64,000 nucleotides of DNA from Capsulimonadaceae bacterium (GCA_965215505.1 OZ244065.1:800001-864000), one strand, 5' to 3'; positions 46,066 through 55,193 are shown, counted from the first letter of the stretch. Notes: a model not told the origin generated them from the sequence alone. Translations and numbers: made by a program.

Positions 46066-48204
46066 TCACTCGCCCGTGATCTTCAGCACGTCCTCGCCGT
46101 ATTTCTCCAGCCTGCCGGGGCCGACGCCGCTGACTTCCAGCAGGTCGTCCGAGTTCTGCGGCCGGGCGCGCGCGATCTCCATCAGGGTCTTGTCGCTGAA
46201 CACGCAGTAGGGCGGCAGAGACTCGCGCGAGGCCTGCGAGGTCCGCCACAGCTTCAGGGTGGCGAGGACGTCGTCGCCGGCCGAGTCCCCGCCGCCCGCC
46301 GAAGCGTCGCGCCATCGGCTGGGGTCGCGCGGCAGCGGGGCGGCGACCGGCAGGCGGTCCGACCAGGCCGTCCGGCCCTTGGGCGTGACGGTGCAGACGA
46401 AGTAGGCGTCCTCGTCGCCTTGGTGCATCAGCCCCTCGGCGAACAAGGCCTCCAAAAACTTGTCCACGGCGGCGACGCTTGCCCCCCGGAACAGGCCGCC
46501 GAGCGGCTGGCGCGGCGTCCCGGCGTCCTTGTCCCCGAGAGTTCCGGCCCCGCGCAGCATCTTGTTCAGCCGGGCCTTGCCGACGGCGGGCCGCAGGGCG
46601 TCCAGGCCGTGCAGGACGGAGTGGATGTCGCCGGGGTCTATCTGGACCGGCATGGGAATCTGCGGCAGGCGCACGGACGCGGCGGCCTGCCCCTCGGCCT
46701 TCGGCGCGTCGCAGTTGTCGCAGCAGAAGGAGGTCGGGGGCGGCTCCTGGCGGTCGCCGAAGTAGTCCAGGACGGTCCGGCGGCGGCAGGCGGTCGTCTT
46801 GCAGTAGTCCACGATCTCGTCCAGACGGCGCAGGCGCTCCGCCCGCTGCTTGGCGAGGCCTGCCGCGATGGAACGGCGGGCGTCCGGCGGGAAATCGCGC
46901 CGGGCCAGTGTCAGGGTCACGCCGTCGCCGGTCTGGGCGACCCGCTTGACGAGGTCCGCCCGCTCCAGTTCGCCTAGCGCCAGCCGGCCCTTAATGTCGC
47001 TCCAGTCCAGGGCCATGCCCCAGGTCTTGGGCAGGCGGGCGACATTGTCCTTGTCGGCATGGCCGCGCACCTGGCCGAAAGCCTGCTCGACCGAGCCGAC
47101 GGTCAGGGCCTCGTTGTCAATGAACCACTCGCGCGTGCGCCGGTCGGCGAAGTGGTACAAGATGACGCACCGGCTGCGGCGGCCGTCGCGCCCGGCCCGG
47201 CCCGCCTCCTGGTAGTAGCTTTCCAGGCTGTCCGGGCAGGCGCAGTGGACGACGAACCGGACGTCCGGCTTGTCAATGCCCATGCCGAAGGCGTTGGTGG
47301 CGACCAGCACCTGACGCTCGCCGTCCAGCCACTCGCGCTGCATCTGGTTCCGCAGGTCGGCGTCCAGGCCTGCGTGGTACATCCCCGCCCGCTGCCCCAG
47401 GGGGGCGAGGGCGGCGTCGGCGGCCTCGAAGACCTGCTCGCACTGCTTGCGCGTGGCGCAGTAGATCAGCCCGCTGCCGCCAAGAGCCGAAAGCTTGGGA
47501 AGGGCACGGGTCAGCTTGTCCTCGCGTTCGTTTTCGCTTTTACACCGATGCACGGAAAAGTGGAGGTTGGGCCGGTTGAAGCCGCCGACCAGGACGAGCG
47601 GGTCGCGCATGCCGAGGTTGGTGACGATGGACTGCTGGACGCGCTTGGTCGCGGTCGCCGTGGCGGCCAGCAGGGGCGGACTGCCCAGCGACTCGACCAC
47701 TTCGCGAAGGCTGAGGTAGTCGGGCCGGAAGTCGTGGCCCCATTCCGAGATGCAGTGTGCCTCGTCCACGACGAACCGGGCGATCTTGACGCTCCGCAAG
47801 GCGTCCATGAACGCCCCCGACCGGAATCGCTCGGGGGCGACATACACCAGACGCAGCCGCCCCGCGCGCATCTCGCGCAACAGGTCGTTCTGCTCATCTA
47901 GCGATTGCAGCGAGGTCAGGCAGTTACACCCGATTCGGGCAAACTCGGGTCGGCGGTTCAGGGCATCCACCTGGTCTCGCATCAGGGCGATGAGGGGGGA
48001 GACGACGAGGGTGACGCCCTCAGAAAGAGCGGCGGGGAGCTGGAAGCAGAGGGACTTGCCCGCCCCCGTCGGCATGACGACCAGCACGTCGCGGCCTCCC
48101 AGGGCGGTCCGCACGGCCTCCTCCTGCTGCGGGCGGAACTCGCCGTAGCCGAAGAAGTTCTGCAAAGATCGGGACAGGTCTGATGCGGCGTCGGTGATGG
48201 TCAT
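46066..48204 (-). CDS. recQ: RecQ-family ATP-dependent DNA helicase with HRDC domain
   Basis: MPTGAGKS, DEAHCISEWGHDFRPDY, AFGMGIDK, QEAGRAGRDG, Zn-binding CRR..CCDNC, HRDC (PPYCVFSDKTL). Confidence 0.93.
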   Translation of the reverse strand: MTITDAASDLSRSLQNFFGYGEFRPQQEEAVRTALGGRDVLVVMPTGAGKSLCFQLPAALSEGVTLVVSPLIALMRDQVDALNRRPEFARIGCNCLTSLQSLDEQNDLLREMRAGRLRLVYVAPERFRSGAFMDALRSVKIARFVVDEAHCISEWGHDFRPDYLSLREVVESLGSPPLLAATATATKRVQQSIVTNLGMRDPLVLVGGFNRPNLHFSVHRCKSENEREDKLTRALPKLSALGGSGLIYCATRKQCEQVFEAADAALAPLGQRAGMYHAGLDADLRNQMQREWLDGERQVLVATNAFGMGIDKPDVRFVVHCACPDSLESYYQEAGRAGRDGRRSRCVILYHFADRRTREWFIDNEALTVGSVEQAFGQVRGHADKDNVARLPKTWGMALDWSDIKGRLALGELERADLVKRVAQTGDGVTLTLARRDFPPDARRSIAAGLAKQRAERLRRLDEIVDYCKTTACRRRTVLDYFGDRQEPPPTSFCCDNCDAPKAEGQAAASVRLPQIPMPVQIDPGDIHSVLHGLDALRPAVGKARLNKMLRGAGTLGDKDAGTPRQPLGGLFRGASVAAVDKFLEALFAEGLMHQGDEDAYFVCTVTPKGRTAWSDRLPVAAPLPRDPSRWRDASAGGGDSAGDDVLATLKLWRTSQASRESLPPYCVFSDKTLMEIARARPQNSDDLLEVSGVGPGRLEKYGEDVLKITGE

Positions 48205-48294
48205 GGGTTCCCCTCCGTGGCGAAAGAACACCGAACGGATGTGTCTATTATACCCGACGCACGAACACGCCGCAAATCTTTTGTGCTTGACGGC

Positions 48295-48465
48295 CTACAG
48301 ATTGGCGTCGGGGTGCGCGACCTGGAGACGCCGGTATTCTGCCATCGCCTCCCGAAGTTTCTGCGTGGGGGGTGGAGGGTTTTCGATCATCTCGACGAGG
48401 CGGATGAAGTCTCGTTCGGAAAGCACGATACGCTCGTGGGGTTGGGGGTCCGTTGCTTCGGTCAT
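48295..48465 (-). CDS. Small protein resembling the C-terminal half of DUF1778 (TacA-like antitoxin)
   Basis: RIVLSERDF..IENPPPPTQKLREAM motif; lacks the N-terminal RHH part. Confidence 0.6.
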   Translation of the reverse strand: MTEATDPQPHERIVLSERDFIRLVEMIENPPPPTQKLREAMAEYRRLQVAHPDANL

Positions 48466-48488
48466 GTCACGGTCGTGCCTTTCCCTAT

Positions 48489-48848
48489 TCAGATGCGCGG
48501 TCGCTGCGCCCCATGCCAAACGTGCAGGACGCGCACGAGGCCGCCGGTTTCCCCTTCCACTGGCTCAACGATGTAAAAAAGAATCCGGTAGGTACTTGCA
48601 CTCCGGCGTTTCCTCGACGGACCGAAGTAAAGTGCCCGGCGAACCTGGACATCATACAGGTCGTTCTCGGGGGCGACCTCGTGGCTGGCAGGGAACATGG
48701 CTAAACGGTTGATCTCCGCGAGCAGTCCATCCTGCCAGCGGTCAGCGTATTCCGGCGAAACCACCTCAGATAGACGCTCGTGTTCCGCCTCCACTTTAAT
48801 CTCGGCGGGTTCGGTCAGGCGCACGTCATAGATCGGCGGGTCAGACAT
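48489..48848 (-). CDS. RelE/ParE-family toxin
   Basis: YDVRLTEPA, RLAMFP, YRILFYI, VRVLHVWHGA; start overlaps the antitoxin stop. Confidence 0.85.
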   Translation of the reverse strand: MSDPPIYDVRLTEPAEIKVEAEHERLSEVVSPEYADRWQDGLLAEINRLAMFPASHEVAPENDLYDVQVRRALYFGPSRKRRSASTYRILFYIVEPVEGETGGLVRVLHVWHGAQRPRI

Positions 48849-49146
48849 GAGAGGCGGCCTCACGGGCGGCAGGGTCACTCTGCCGCTCCGCGCGCCGCCT
48901 CTGCACGTCGGCGGCATATTCCGCTACGGAGCGTTCACGCCCCTGTGCCGCCGCCTCTAAGCCACGCCGTATACCGCCCCGTATCTCGATCTTTTCTTCT
49001 TCCGTTAGATCATCAGGGTCGTATTCTTCTTCATCGGCGAGCGCTTTGCCGACCAACGCGTTCACAACGTCGCTGATGTCCTTCCCTTCGCGTTCAGCCC
49101 GCTCCCGGATGGTTGTTTCGATCTGTGAATTGAGAGTCACGGTCAT
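48841..49146 (-). CDS. Probable type II antitoxin (RHH-like N-terminus, acidic C-terminus)
   Basis: MTVTLNSQIETTIRERAEREGK, IRRGLEAAAQGR; directly upstream of the ParE-like toxin; AGGAGG RBS. Confidence 0.75.
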   Translation of the reverse strand: MTVTLNSQIETTIRERAEREGKDISDVVNALVGKALADEEEYDPDDLTEEEKIEIRGGIRRGLEAAAQGRERSVAEYAADVQRRRAERQSDPAAREAASHV

Positions 49147-49186
49147 CGGCTTTCCTCCTGCTGTTTTGTCGTTGTTCCTGTCATAT

Positions 49187-49240
49187 CTTTACCTCATTCG
49201 CGGCGTCACCGTGTACATCCTGCACATCCGGCACGGCTGG
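49187..49240 (+). pseudogene. Remnant of a second RelE/ParE toxin (C-terminal fragment)
   Basis: Encodes LYLIRGVTVYILHIRHG, a typical ParE C-terminal motif, with no corresponding N-terminus. Confidence 0.5.
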
Positions 49241-49545
49241 GTGCGAACGGCGTTTATGAGTAAAAGCCCTCGGCCCTGAAGCCTCCCCGGCCCTGAAGGG
49301 CCGGTATACTCTTGAGTGAAAGTGTCTGCGATACTGAGGAGGAGACGGCAGGGCAGAGGTGAGGAGGAACCGTCAAAATCCCTTACCTGCCGTCCTCGCC
49401 GTCTTCAGTCCAGCCTTCAGTGCCGTCCTCAGTCTGGTAGTCAGCTTAGTCTTCAGTCGCGGAGCGACTTTCATTCAACAGTAGACCGGCCCTTCAGGGC
49501 CGGGAACTGTTGCTCTCATAAACTTTATTCACATCCGGCACGGCT
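49223..49545. repeat. Palindromic MITE/REPIN-like element bracketed by a 16-bp direct repeat
   Basis: Imperfect inverted arms of about 70-85 bp from GTTTATGAG (49252) to CTCATAAAC (49523), each containing CCGGCCCTGAAGGGCCGG; CACATCCGGCACGGCT at 49223-49238 and 49530-49545. Confidence 0.75.
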
Positions 49546-49564
49546 CACAAAGGCCCCTCTCGAC

Positions 49565-50500
49565 CTACTGCGGCTGTTCGTAGATCCGCGCCAGCATCTG
49601 GTCGAAGCCCAGGGGGGTCAGCTTGAAGAGTTCCTTGATGTCCTGGCTGATCGTGATGTTGTCCAGGGCGAGGTTTTTGAGCTGGTCGCGCGTCACGGGC
49701 GGTTTGGTGAGGATTTTCTCCATGACGGTCGCCGCCGCATACAGGAGCGGGATGGGGGCGTGCAGCAGGGGCTTCTTCGGCTTGCCGAGCGATTTGGCGA
49801 TGCCCTTGATAAGCTCGTTGAAGGAGAGCTGGGTCGCGCCGCCGATCTCGTAGATCTGGTTGATCGTCTCGCCCATGACCAGCGACTTGACGACGCACTG
49901 GACCAGGTCTTCCACCCAGACCGGCTGGAACAGGTTGAAGCCGGAACCGGGGACGGGGATGACCGGGAACGGGGCGTTGATGGGCAGCCCGCCATGCAGG
50001 ACCAGGTCCTTCATCTGGGCAATGAACTCGCCGTCAGGGCCGATGACGAGGGAGGGCCGGAAGATGGTGTACGGGAACTCGCTGCCGATAACGATACGCT
50101 CGGCCTGGTACTTGGTGCGCGAGTACTCGGCGGCGGCATTCAGGCTGGACCCGATGGCGCTCATGTAGACCATCCGGCCGTCGAAGCCCGCCCGCTTGGC
50201 CTCGTCCACGACGTTGCGGGTGCCCTCGACGTGAACGCGCTGGAAGGTCTGCCCCTTGCGCTTGATTTCGGCGATGATGCCGACGAGGTGGATGATGGCG
50301 TCCACGTCCTTGAACATCTCGGAGGTCAGCGTCACGGCGTCGGAGATGTCCACGCCGGGGATGTATTCCACGCCCTCCACGCGGTTCTTGCGAATCGGCA
50401 CCAGGCGCGCAAGCCCGCGCACCGGATGCCCCACCTTGACCAACTCCGCGCAGACGTGCCGCCCGATAAACCCGGAGGCCCCCGTAACCAGTACCGTCAT
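49565..50500 (-). CDS. Atypical SDR, complex I NDUFA9-like NAD(P)-binding protein
   Basis: VTGASGFIG, HLVGII, YSRTK, FRPS, FQPVWVED. Confidence 0.85.
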   Translation of the reverse strand: MTVLVTGASGFIGRHVCAELVKVGHPVRGLARLVPIRKNRVEGVEYIPGVDISDAVTLTSEMFKDVDAIIHLVGIIAEIKRKGQTFQRVHVEGTRNVVDEAKRAGFDGRMVYMSAIGSSLNAAAEYSRTKYQAERIVIGSEFPYTIFRPSLVIGPDGEFIAQMKDLVLHGGLPINAPFPVIPVPGSGFNLFQPVWVEDLVQCVVKSLVMGETINQIYEIGGATQLSFNELIKGIAKSLGKPKKPLLHAPIPLLYAAATVMEKILTKPPVTRDQLKNLALDNITISQDIKELFKLTPLGFDQMLARIYEQPQ

Positions 50501-50608
50501 TGGTGCGTTTCCTATCTTATGAAAATCTTTCTGCCGCTATGATACCCCACAGCAAGCGAAAGGAGAACGCGCGGGCGGTCCTGGGGCGGCGTATGGTATA
50601 ATCAGGCC

Positions 50609-50803
50609 GTGAAGCCGCTCGCCGAGACGAACCCCTACATCCGCGACCCCGAAACGCGCCGCCGTCGCATCGCCAGAAGCGTCTATGAGTCGTCGGTCTT
50701 CGAGGGCGCACGGGGCCTGGTCCCTCCTCAGTCTCAGACATCGGTCGCCAGTCCCCGTTTCGGTAGTGGTTTCAAGGATGTTGTTGTCTCGTCCGCTGGG
50801 TAG
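50609..50803 (+). CDS. Probable Fic antitoxin (SxxxEG motif); native C-terminus replaced by IS insertion
   Basis: SSVFEG matches (S/T)xxxE(G/N); TGnTATAAT-N6-GTG leaderless start; without the IS the frame continues KASTKNPVKSS to TAG at 51620. Confidence 0.65.
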   Translation: MKPLAETNPYIRDPETRRRRIARSVYESSVFEGARGLVPPQSQTSVASPRFGSGFKDVVVSSAG

Positions 50804-50812
50804 ACTCCGAAC

Positions 50813-51130
50813 ATGGTCATCCAAGTCCTTCACTGCGCCCACTGCCAGAGCCAGAACGTCATCCGCCACGGCAAAGACAAAGCCGACCGCCAGCGCTACC
50901 GCTGCCACGACTGCCGCCGCACCTTCCAGGACGCCCAGGAGCAGGCGAGCCGTCGCGCCCGGCGCGCGGAAACCCAAGCCCGCGCCCTCGCGGCCTACCA
51001 GGAGCGCGCCTCGATGCGCGGGGTCTGCCGCCTCTTCGGCATCGGGCGGAACACCCTGAGCGGCTGGCTAAAAAAAAGCCCGCCACTTACCGCCGCTCCC
51101 CGAGACGCTGGCCCCCGTCCGACGCGATGA
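50813..51130 (+). CDS. insA: IS1 transposase N-terminal part (InsA-like: Zn ribbon and HTH)
   Basis: CAHC..QRYRCHDC zinc ribbon, HTH SMRGVCRLFGIGRNTLSGW, A8 run at 51070-51077. Confidence 0.9.
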   Translation: MVIQVLHCAHCQSQNVIRHGKDKADRQRYRCHDCRRTFQDAQEQASRRARRAETQARALAAYQERASMRGVCRLFGIGRNTLSGWLKKSPPLTAAPRDAGPRPTR

Positions 51131-51566
51131 CGTGCTGGAACTCGACGAACTCTGGTCGTTCGTCGCACGGCGCAAGAACAAGCGGTGGGTGTGGCTCGCC
51201 CTGTGCCGCCGGACGCGCCAGGTCGTCGCCTACGCCCTCGGGGACCGGGGCGTGCGGACCTGCCGCCTGCTGTGGGAGCGCGTCCCGCGTCGGCTGCGCC
51301 AGGCGCTGACGTTCACGGACTTCTGGGGGGCGTACCAGAAGGTGGTGCCGGAGGGGCAGCACGTCGCCTGCGGCAAGGGCAGCGGCCAGACTGATCATAT
51401 CGAGCGGTTCAACAACACGCTGCGGCAGCGCCTCGCCCGGTTCGTGCGGCAGACGCTCTCGTTCAGCAAGTCGGAGGTGATGCATGAGGACTGCCTGCGG
51501 CTGTTCCTGCACCACTACAACACGCACATGGCTCCCGGCGTGGCTGCCAGCCAACAACACTCATGA
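51075..51566 (+). CDS. insB: IS1 transposase catalytic part (InsB-like DDE), reached by a frame change at the A8 run
   Basis: KARHLPPLPETL..VLELDELWSFV, FTDFWGAY, HIERFNNTLRQR..LSFSK. Confidence 0.9.
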   Translation, partial: KARHLPPLPETLAPVRRDDVLELDELWSFVARRKNKRWVWLALCRRTRQVVAYALGDRGVRTCRLLWERVPRRLRQALTFTDFWGAYQKVVPEGQHVACGKGSGQTDHIERFNNTLRQRLARFVRQTLSFSKSEVMHEDCLRLFLHHYNTHMAPGVAASQQHS

Positions 51567-51571
51567 AACCA

Positions 51572-52176
51572 CTACCCCCGTTTCAAGGCTTCCACGAAGA
51601 ATCCCGTCAAGTCATCGTAGCGCATCAAGTACCCCTTCCTGACGGCGGCCAGATAAAGCGCCCTCTTCCGTAAACGGGGTAAGACAGGCCCGCCTGTAGT
51701 GCCATCAGGTCTGTCAGCCACCGTGCTAGGCGACCGCTCCCTTCCCGGAACGGGTGAATGAGCAATAATCCGGCGTGAACCTCGGCCATGCGCCGGGCGA
51801 TCTCCGGCACCGTTCCAGGAAGGCAGGGCGTGTGCCGTCGCAGCAATCCACTCTGAAAGTACTCCATGTTCTGCGGCACGGGGGCAGCGGGCGGCCATGT
51901 AAAACCGCCTTTGGGGACATCCACCGTGCGATACCGTCCCGCCCACCCGTAGATGCCGCCCAGCCAGTCTTTGTGCATCCGGCAGAGGAGCCTCGCGGCG
52001 AAGCGGGTTTGGCTGGTCAGGGTCATCGTCGAGGCATTCTGAGCCGCGTCCAACGCTTCAGCCTCCAGGCGGTCCATCTCCCGCTTGCGCCGTATCCCCA
52101 GCCTGTTCCGCAGAACGCGCCCGCCTGAGCCGGGCCCGCGTCGCACCTCCCCCCTCGTGCCTGCACCTTTTTTCAC
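51572..52176 (-). pseudogene. fic: Fic-family toxin pseudogene (frameshift near 51670, C-terminal tip removed by IS)
   Basis: VLRNRLGI, IYGWAGRYRTV, HPFREGSGR (canonical HPFREGNGR); C-terminal YLAAVRKG..YDDLTGFFVEAL lies in a different frame; start uncertain. Confidence 0.8.
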
Positions 52177-52321
52177 GAATTCCCCAGCAATTTTATATAA
52201 AAGGTTGAAGTCGTGGGTATAGATATGGCACAATACCTGTATAAATTATCGCAATGCGACCGGCGTTCTCGCCAGAAGACGTCACATCCCGGCATCCGCC
52301 CCGGATGGAGGAGACCGATCC

Positions 52322-54394
52322 ATGCAAGCCGCTGTCGAAAAGATCCCGTTACACAAGTCCGACGCCCCGAAACCAAACCGAAAGAACAAGAAGCGCGATT
52401 CGCTGGCCGAGCGGCGGATGCGTCTGGCCGACGAGGAGGTGCGGGACAGCCGCAAAGAGCGCCAGGCGATGCTGCGCTTCCTGTCGTACCTGACGCCCTA
52501 CCTGCCGCTGTTCATCACCGCTACCTGTTTCGGCATCACCAACTACACCATCGGCGCGGCCGTGCCGAGCATCACCGGGTATGTTATTGACCGGATTATC
52601 CTGCACGGTGCCACCCACCATGTCGGACGGAACAACCCCCTCTACCCCGTGCTGGACCACCTGCTGAACCGATTCGTGCCGCACGCCGGGCCGGCGGGGC
52701 AGGCGAACTTCCTGCTGGGCATGGTCATCGTCGTCCTGCTGCTGGCTGGCTTCATCATCTTCCTGCGCGGGTTTTTGGTCGGCATCGGCGGGCAGCGGGT
52801 CATCTTCAAGGTCCGCAACGACCTGTACGAACACATCCAGGGGCTGTCGCTGTCGTTCTTCCAGACGAACCGGTCGGGCAGCATCGTGTCGCGCCTGACC
52901 TCGGACATCGCGCTGGCCCAGAACTTCATTGGCAACGCCTGTACGCTGCTCTGGATGGACTCGCTTTCGGTCATCGGCATCGCCATCTGGCTGTTCGTCA
53001 TCTCGCCGCGCATGGCTCTGGTTTCCCTGGCCGTGCTGCCCTTCTGGGTGTTCAGCGTCCGGTTCTTCGGCCAGCGCATCCGCAAGGCTTCCCATGCCGT
53101 CCAGGAGGGGCTGTCGGAATTGTCAGGCCAGGTGCAGGAGAAGGTGGCCGGGGCGACCGTCGTGCAGGCCTTCGCTCGGGAGAAGCGCGAGACGCGCCTG
53201 TTCCACCGGATGCACCGATCACTCTTTGACCGCCAGGTCGAGACGGTCCGCTACCAGGCGCTCAACATGGCGGCGTCCAACGTGCTGACCAGCGTTGCGC
53301 CCATCACGGTCGTTCTGTTCGGGGCGCACGAGGTCATCGCGGGGCGGATGACGACCGGCATGCTGATTACGTTCTGGACGACCCTGGGCCTGTTCTACTT
53401 CCCGCTTCAGCGGCTGACTGACATGGCCGCCGTCATCGCGAACGCCGGGGCGGCCATCGACCGCATCTTCGACATCTTCGACATCACGCCGGACATCGCC
53501 GACGCCGAGGGCGCGGTCGCCCTGCCCGCCCGCATCGAGGGCCGCGTCGAGCTTCGCAACGTCTCCTTCGGCTACGACGCGGACGTACCGATCCTGAAGG
53601 GGCTGAACCTGGACATCAAGCCGGGCGAGGTCATCGCCTTCGTCGGGCCGTCGGGCGCGGGCAAGTCCACCCTGGTTAACCTGGTCCCGCGCTTCTATGA
53701 TGTGACCGGCGGACAGATCCTGGTAGACGGCCTGAACATCGCCGATGTCAAGGTGAAGTCGTTGCGGAACAACATCGGCATGGTGCTTCAAGACAACATC
53801 CTGTTCACCGGCACCATCAAGGAGAACATCCTGTACGGGAGGCCCGGCGCGACCGACGAGGAGATCGTCGAGGCCGCCGTCGCCGCCAACGCCCACGGCT
53901 TCATCGAGGACCTGCCGGACGGCTACGAGACGGAGATCGGCGAACGCGGCACCAAACTCTCCGGCGGCCAGAAGCAGCGCCTCGCCATCACCCGCGCTTT
54001 CCTCCGAGACCCACGCATCCTGATCCTGGACGAAGCCACCTCGGCCCTGGACAGCGAGAGCGAGCAGCTAATCCAGAACGCCCTGAACCGCCTGATGGTG
54101 GGGCGGACCACGCTGATCATCGCGCACCGGCTTTCGACGGTCATGCACGCGAATGTCATTGTCGTCTTGGACCAGGGGAGGGTTGTCGAGAAGGGGACAC
54201 ACGCCGAGCTTCTGAAGAAGGAAGGGCTGTACTACCACCTCTACATGGCACAGTTCTCCCATGCCTTGGAAGTCCACGACTCCGCCAAAGCGATTTTGGA
54301 CGGCGAAGACGATGGGGACCCGAACGGGGAATACGAGAACGCCCGCGCCCTGCGAGAGCAGGCGACCGAGCGGCGGGCACTGGCGGCGCGGTAG
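52322..54394 (+). CDS. ABC exporter, fused TMD-NBD (MsbA/Sav1866-like)
   Basis: TM domain followed by GPSGAGKST, LSGGQKQR, ILDEATSALD, IAHRLST. Confidence 0.93.
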   Translation: MQAAVEKIPLHKSDAPKPNRKNKKRDSLAERRMRLADEEVRDSRKERQAMLRFLSYLTPYLPLFITATCFGITNYTIGAAVPSITGYVIDRIILHGATHHVGRNNPLYPVLDHLLNRFVPHAGPAGQANFLLGMVIVVLLLAGFIIFLRGFLVGIGGQRVIFKVRNDLYEHIQGLSLSFFQTNRSGSIVSRLTSDIALAQNFIGNACTLLWMDSLSVIGIAIWLFVISPRMALVSLAVLPFWVFSVRFFGQRIRKASHAVQEGLSELSGQVQEKVAGATVVQAFAREKRETRLFHRMHRSLFDRQVETVRYQALNMAASNVLTSVAPITVVLFGAHEVIAGRMTTGMLITFWTTLGLFYFPLQRLTDMAAVIANAGAAIDRIFDIFDITPDIADAEGAVALPARIEGRVELRNVSFGYDADVPILKGLNLDIKPGEVIAFVGPSGAGKSTLVNLVPRFYDVTGGQILVDGLNIADVKVKSLRNNIGMVLQDNILFTGTIKENILYGRPGATDEEIVEAAVAANAHGFIEDLPDGYETEIGERGTKLSGGQKQRLAITRAFLRDPRILILDEATSALDSESEQLIQNALNRLMVGRTTLIIAHRLSTVMHANVIVVLDQGRVVEKGTHAELLKKEGLYYHLYMAQFSHALEVHDSAKAILDGEDDGDPNGEYENARALREQATERRALAAR

Positions 54395-54421
54395 CTCCGA
54401 GAATGACAGGAATCAGGCAGC

Positions 54422-54459
54422 AAAAGGGCGCGGGCGGTTCAAACCGCCCGCGCCCTTTT
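54422..54459 (+). terminator. Bidirectional intrinsic terminator
   Basis: AAAAGGGCGCGGGCGGTT-CA-AACCGCCCGCGCCCTTTT. Confidence 0.85.
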
Positions 54460-54484
54460 CTGATTTGAAGCCGGTGCTGAAAGA

Positions 54485-54517
54485 CTTAATCTTGCCTTAA
54501 CATTGCCCCCGTATAAT
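54485..54517 (+). promoter_or_regulatory. PHO-box-like 11-bp tandem repeat plus -10 box
   Basis: CTTAATCTTGC CTTAACATTGC (54485-54506), then TATAAT at 54512-54517, upstream of the DUF47-PiT genes. Confidence 0.65.
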
Positions 54518-54569
54518 GGGGTCACTCCACGAGACGCTCCGAAGGGGGCGTCCAGAAAAGGAATGACCC

Positions 54570-55193
54570 ATGCCATTCTTCGGACAAGACCCCGTCTTCT
54601 ACGATCTGCTGGAAGCGCAGGCCGAGGCCGCGCACAAGGCCGCCCAGACCTTCCAGGCGCTCTCACTGGACATGGGCCAGGCGGCGCGCTATGCCGAAGC
54701 CGCCAAGAAGATCGAGGCGGAGGCCGACGCCCTGACCCACGATCTGGTCAGCAAGGCCGACGCCAAGTTCATCACGCCGCTCGACAAGGGCGACCTGCAT
54801 GCCCTCTCCCACGCGCTGGACAACATCACCGACACCATAGAAGCGACCGTCGCCCGCGTCGCCCTGTACCGCCTGACGCAGCCGCGCCCGGACCTCGCCC
54901 CGATGACGGAGCGGCTGGTTTCCATCACCCAGGCGACGCGCGAGGGCGTGAACTACCTCCGCCACCTCAAAGACCACAAGGGCCTGTCGCCGATCCTCGT
55001 CCGCATCCACGAGATGGAGAACCAGAGCGACGAGGCTTACCGTCAGGCCCTGGCCGTCCTGCTCAACCAGGAGGAGGCGAACCCGCTGCTCGTCATCAAG
55101 TGGAAGGAGGTCTACGACCGCATCGAGGTCGTCGCCGACGAGTGCGAGAACGTCGCGGACGTTCTGGAAAGCCTTGTGGTGAAGTATGCATGA
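54570..55193 (+). CDS. DUF47 / PhoU-like phosphate transport regulator
   Basis: IEAEAD, FITPLDKGD, EMENQSD, IKWKEVYDRIE..DECE; overlaps the pit start. Confidence 0.9.
   Translation: MPFFGQDPVFYDLLEAQAEAAHKAAQTFQALSLDMGQAARYAEAAKKIEAEADALTHDLVSKADAKFITPLDKGDLHALSHALDNITDTIEATVARVALYRLTQPRPDLAPMTERLVSITQATREGVNYLRHLKDHKGLSPILVRIHEMENQSDEAYRQALAVLLNQEEANPLLVIKWKEVYDRIEVVADECENVADVLESLVVKYA

Larger units (their letters stand above)
50762..51576 (+). mobile_element. IS1-family insertion sequence (815 bp)
   Basis: Terminal inverted repeats GGTAGTGGTTTCA / TGAAACCACTACC; 8-bp target duplication CCCGTTTC at 50754-50761 and 51577-51584; InsA- and InsB-like ORFs. Confidence 0.95.

Noticed and set aside
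49380-49460. Short CTTCAGT-type repeats as a mini-CRISPR or iteron set
   Set aside because: Too short and irregularly spaced; treated as the core of the palindromic element
49316-50542. 408-aa plus-strand ORF with an SLQ-repeat N-terminus
   Set aside because: Starts inside the palindromic element and is otherwise antisense to the NDUFA9-like SDR
48295-52233. Prophage or integrative element around the TA genes
   Set aside because: No integrase, phage genes or att-like tRNA; a housekeeping-type SDR sits in the middle
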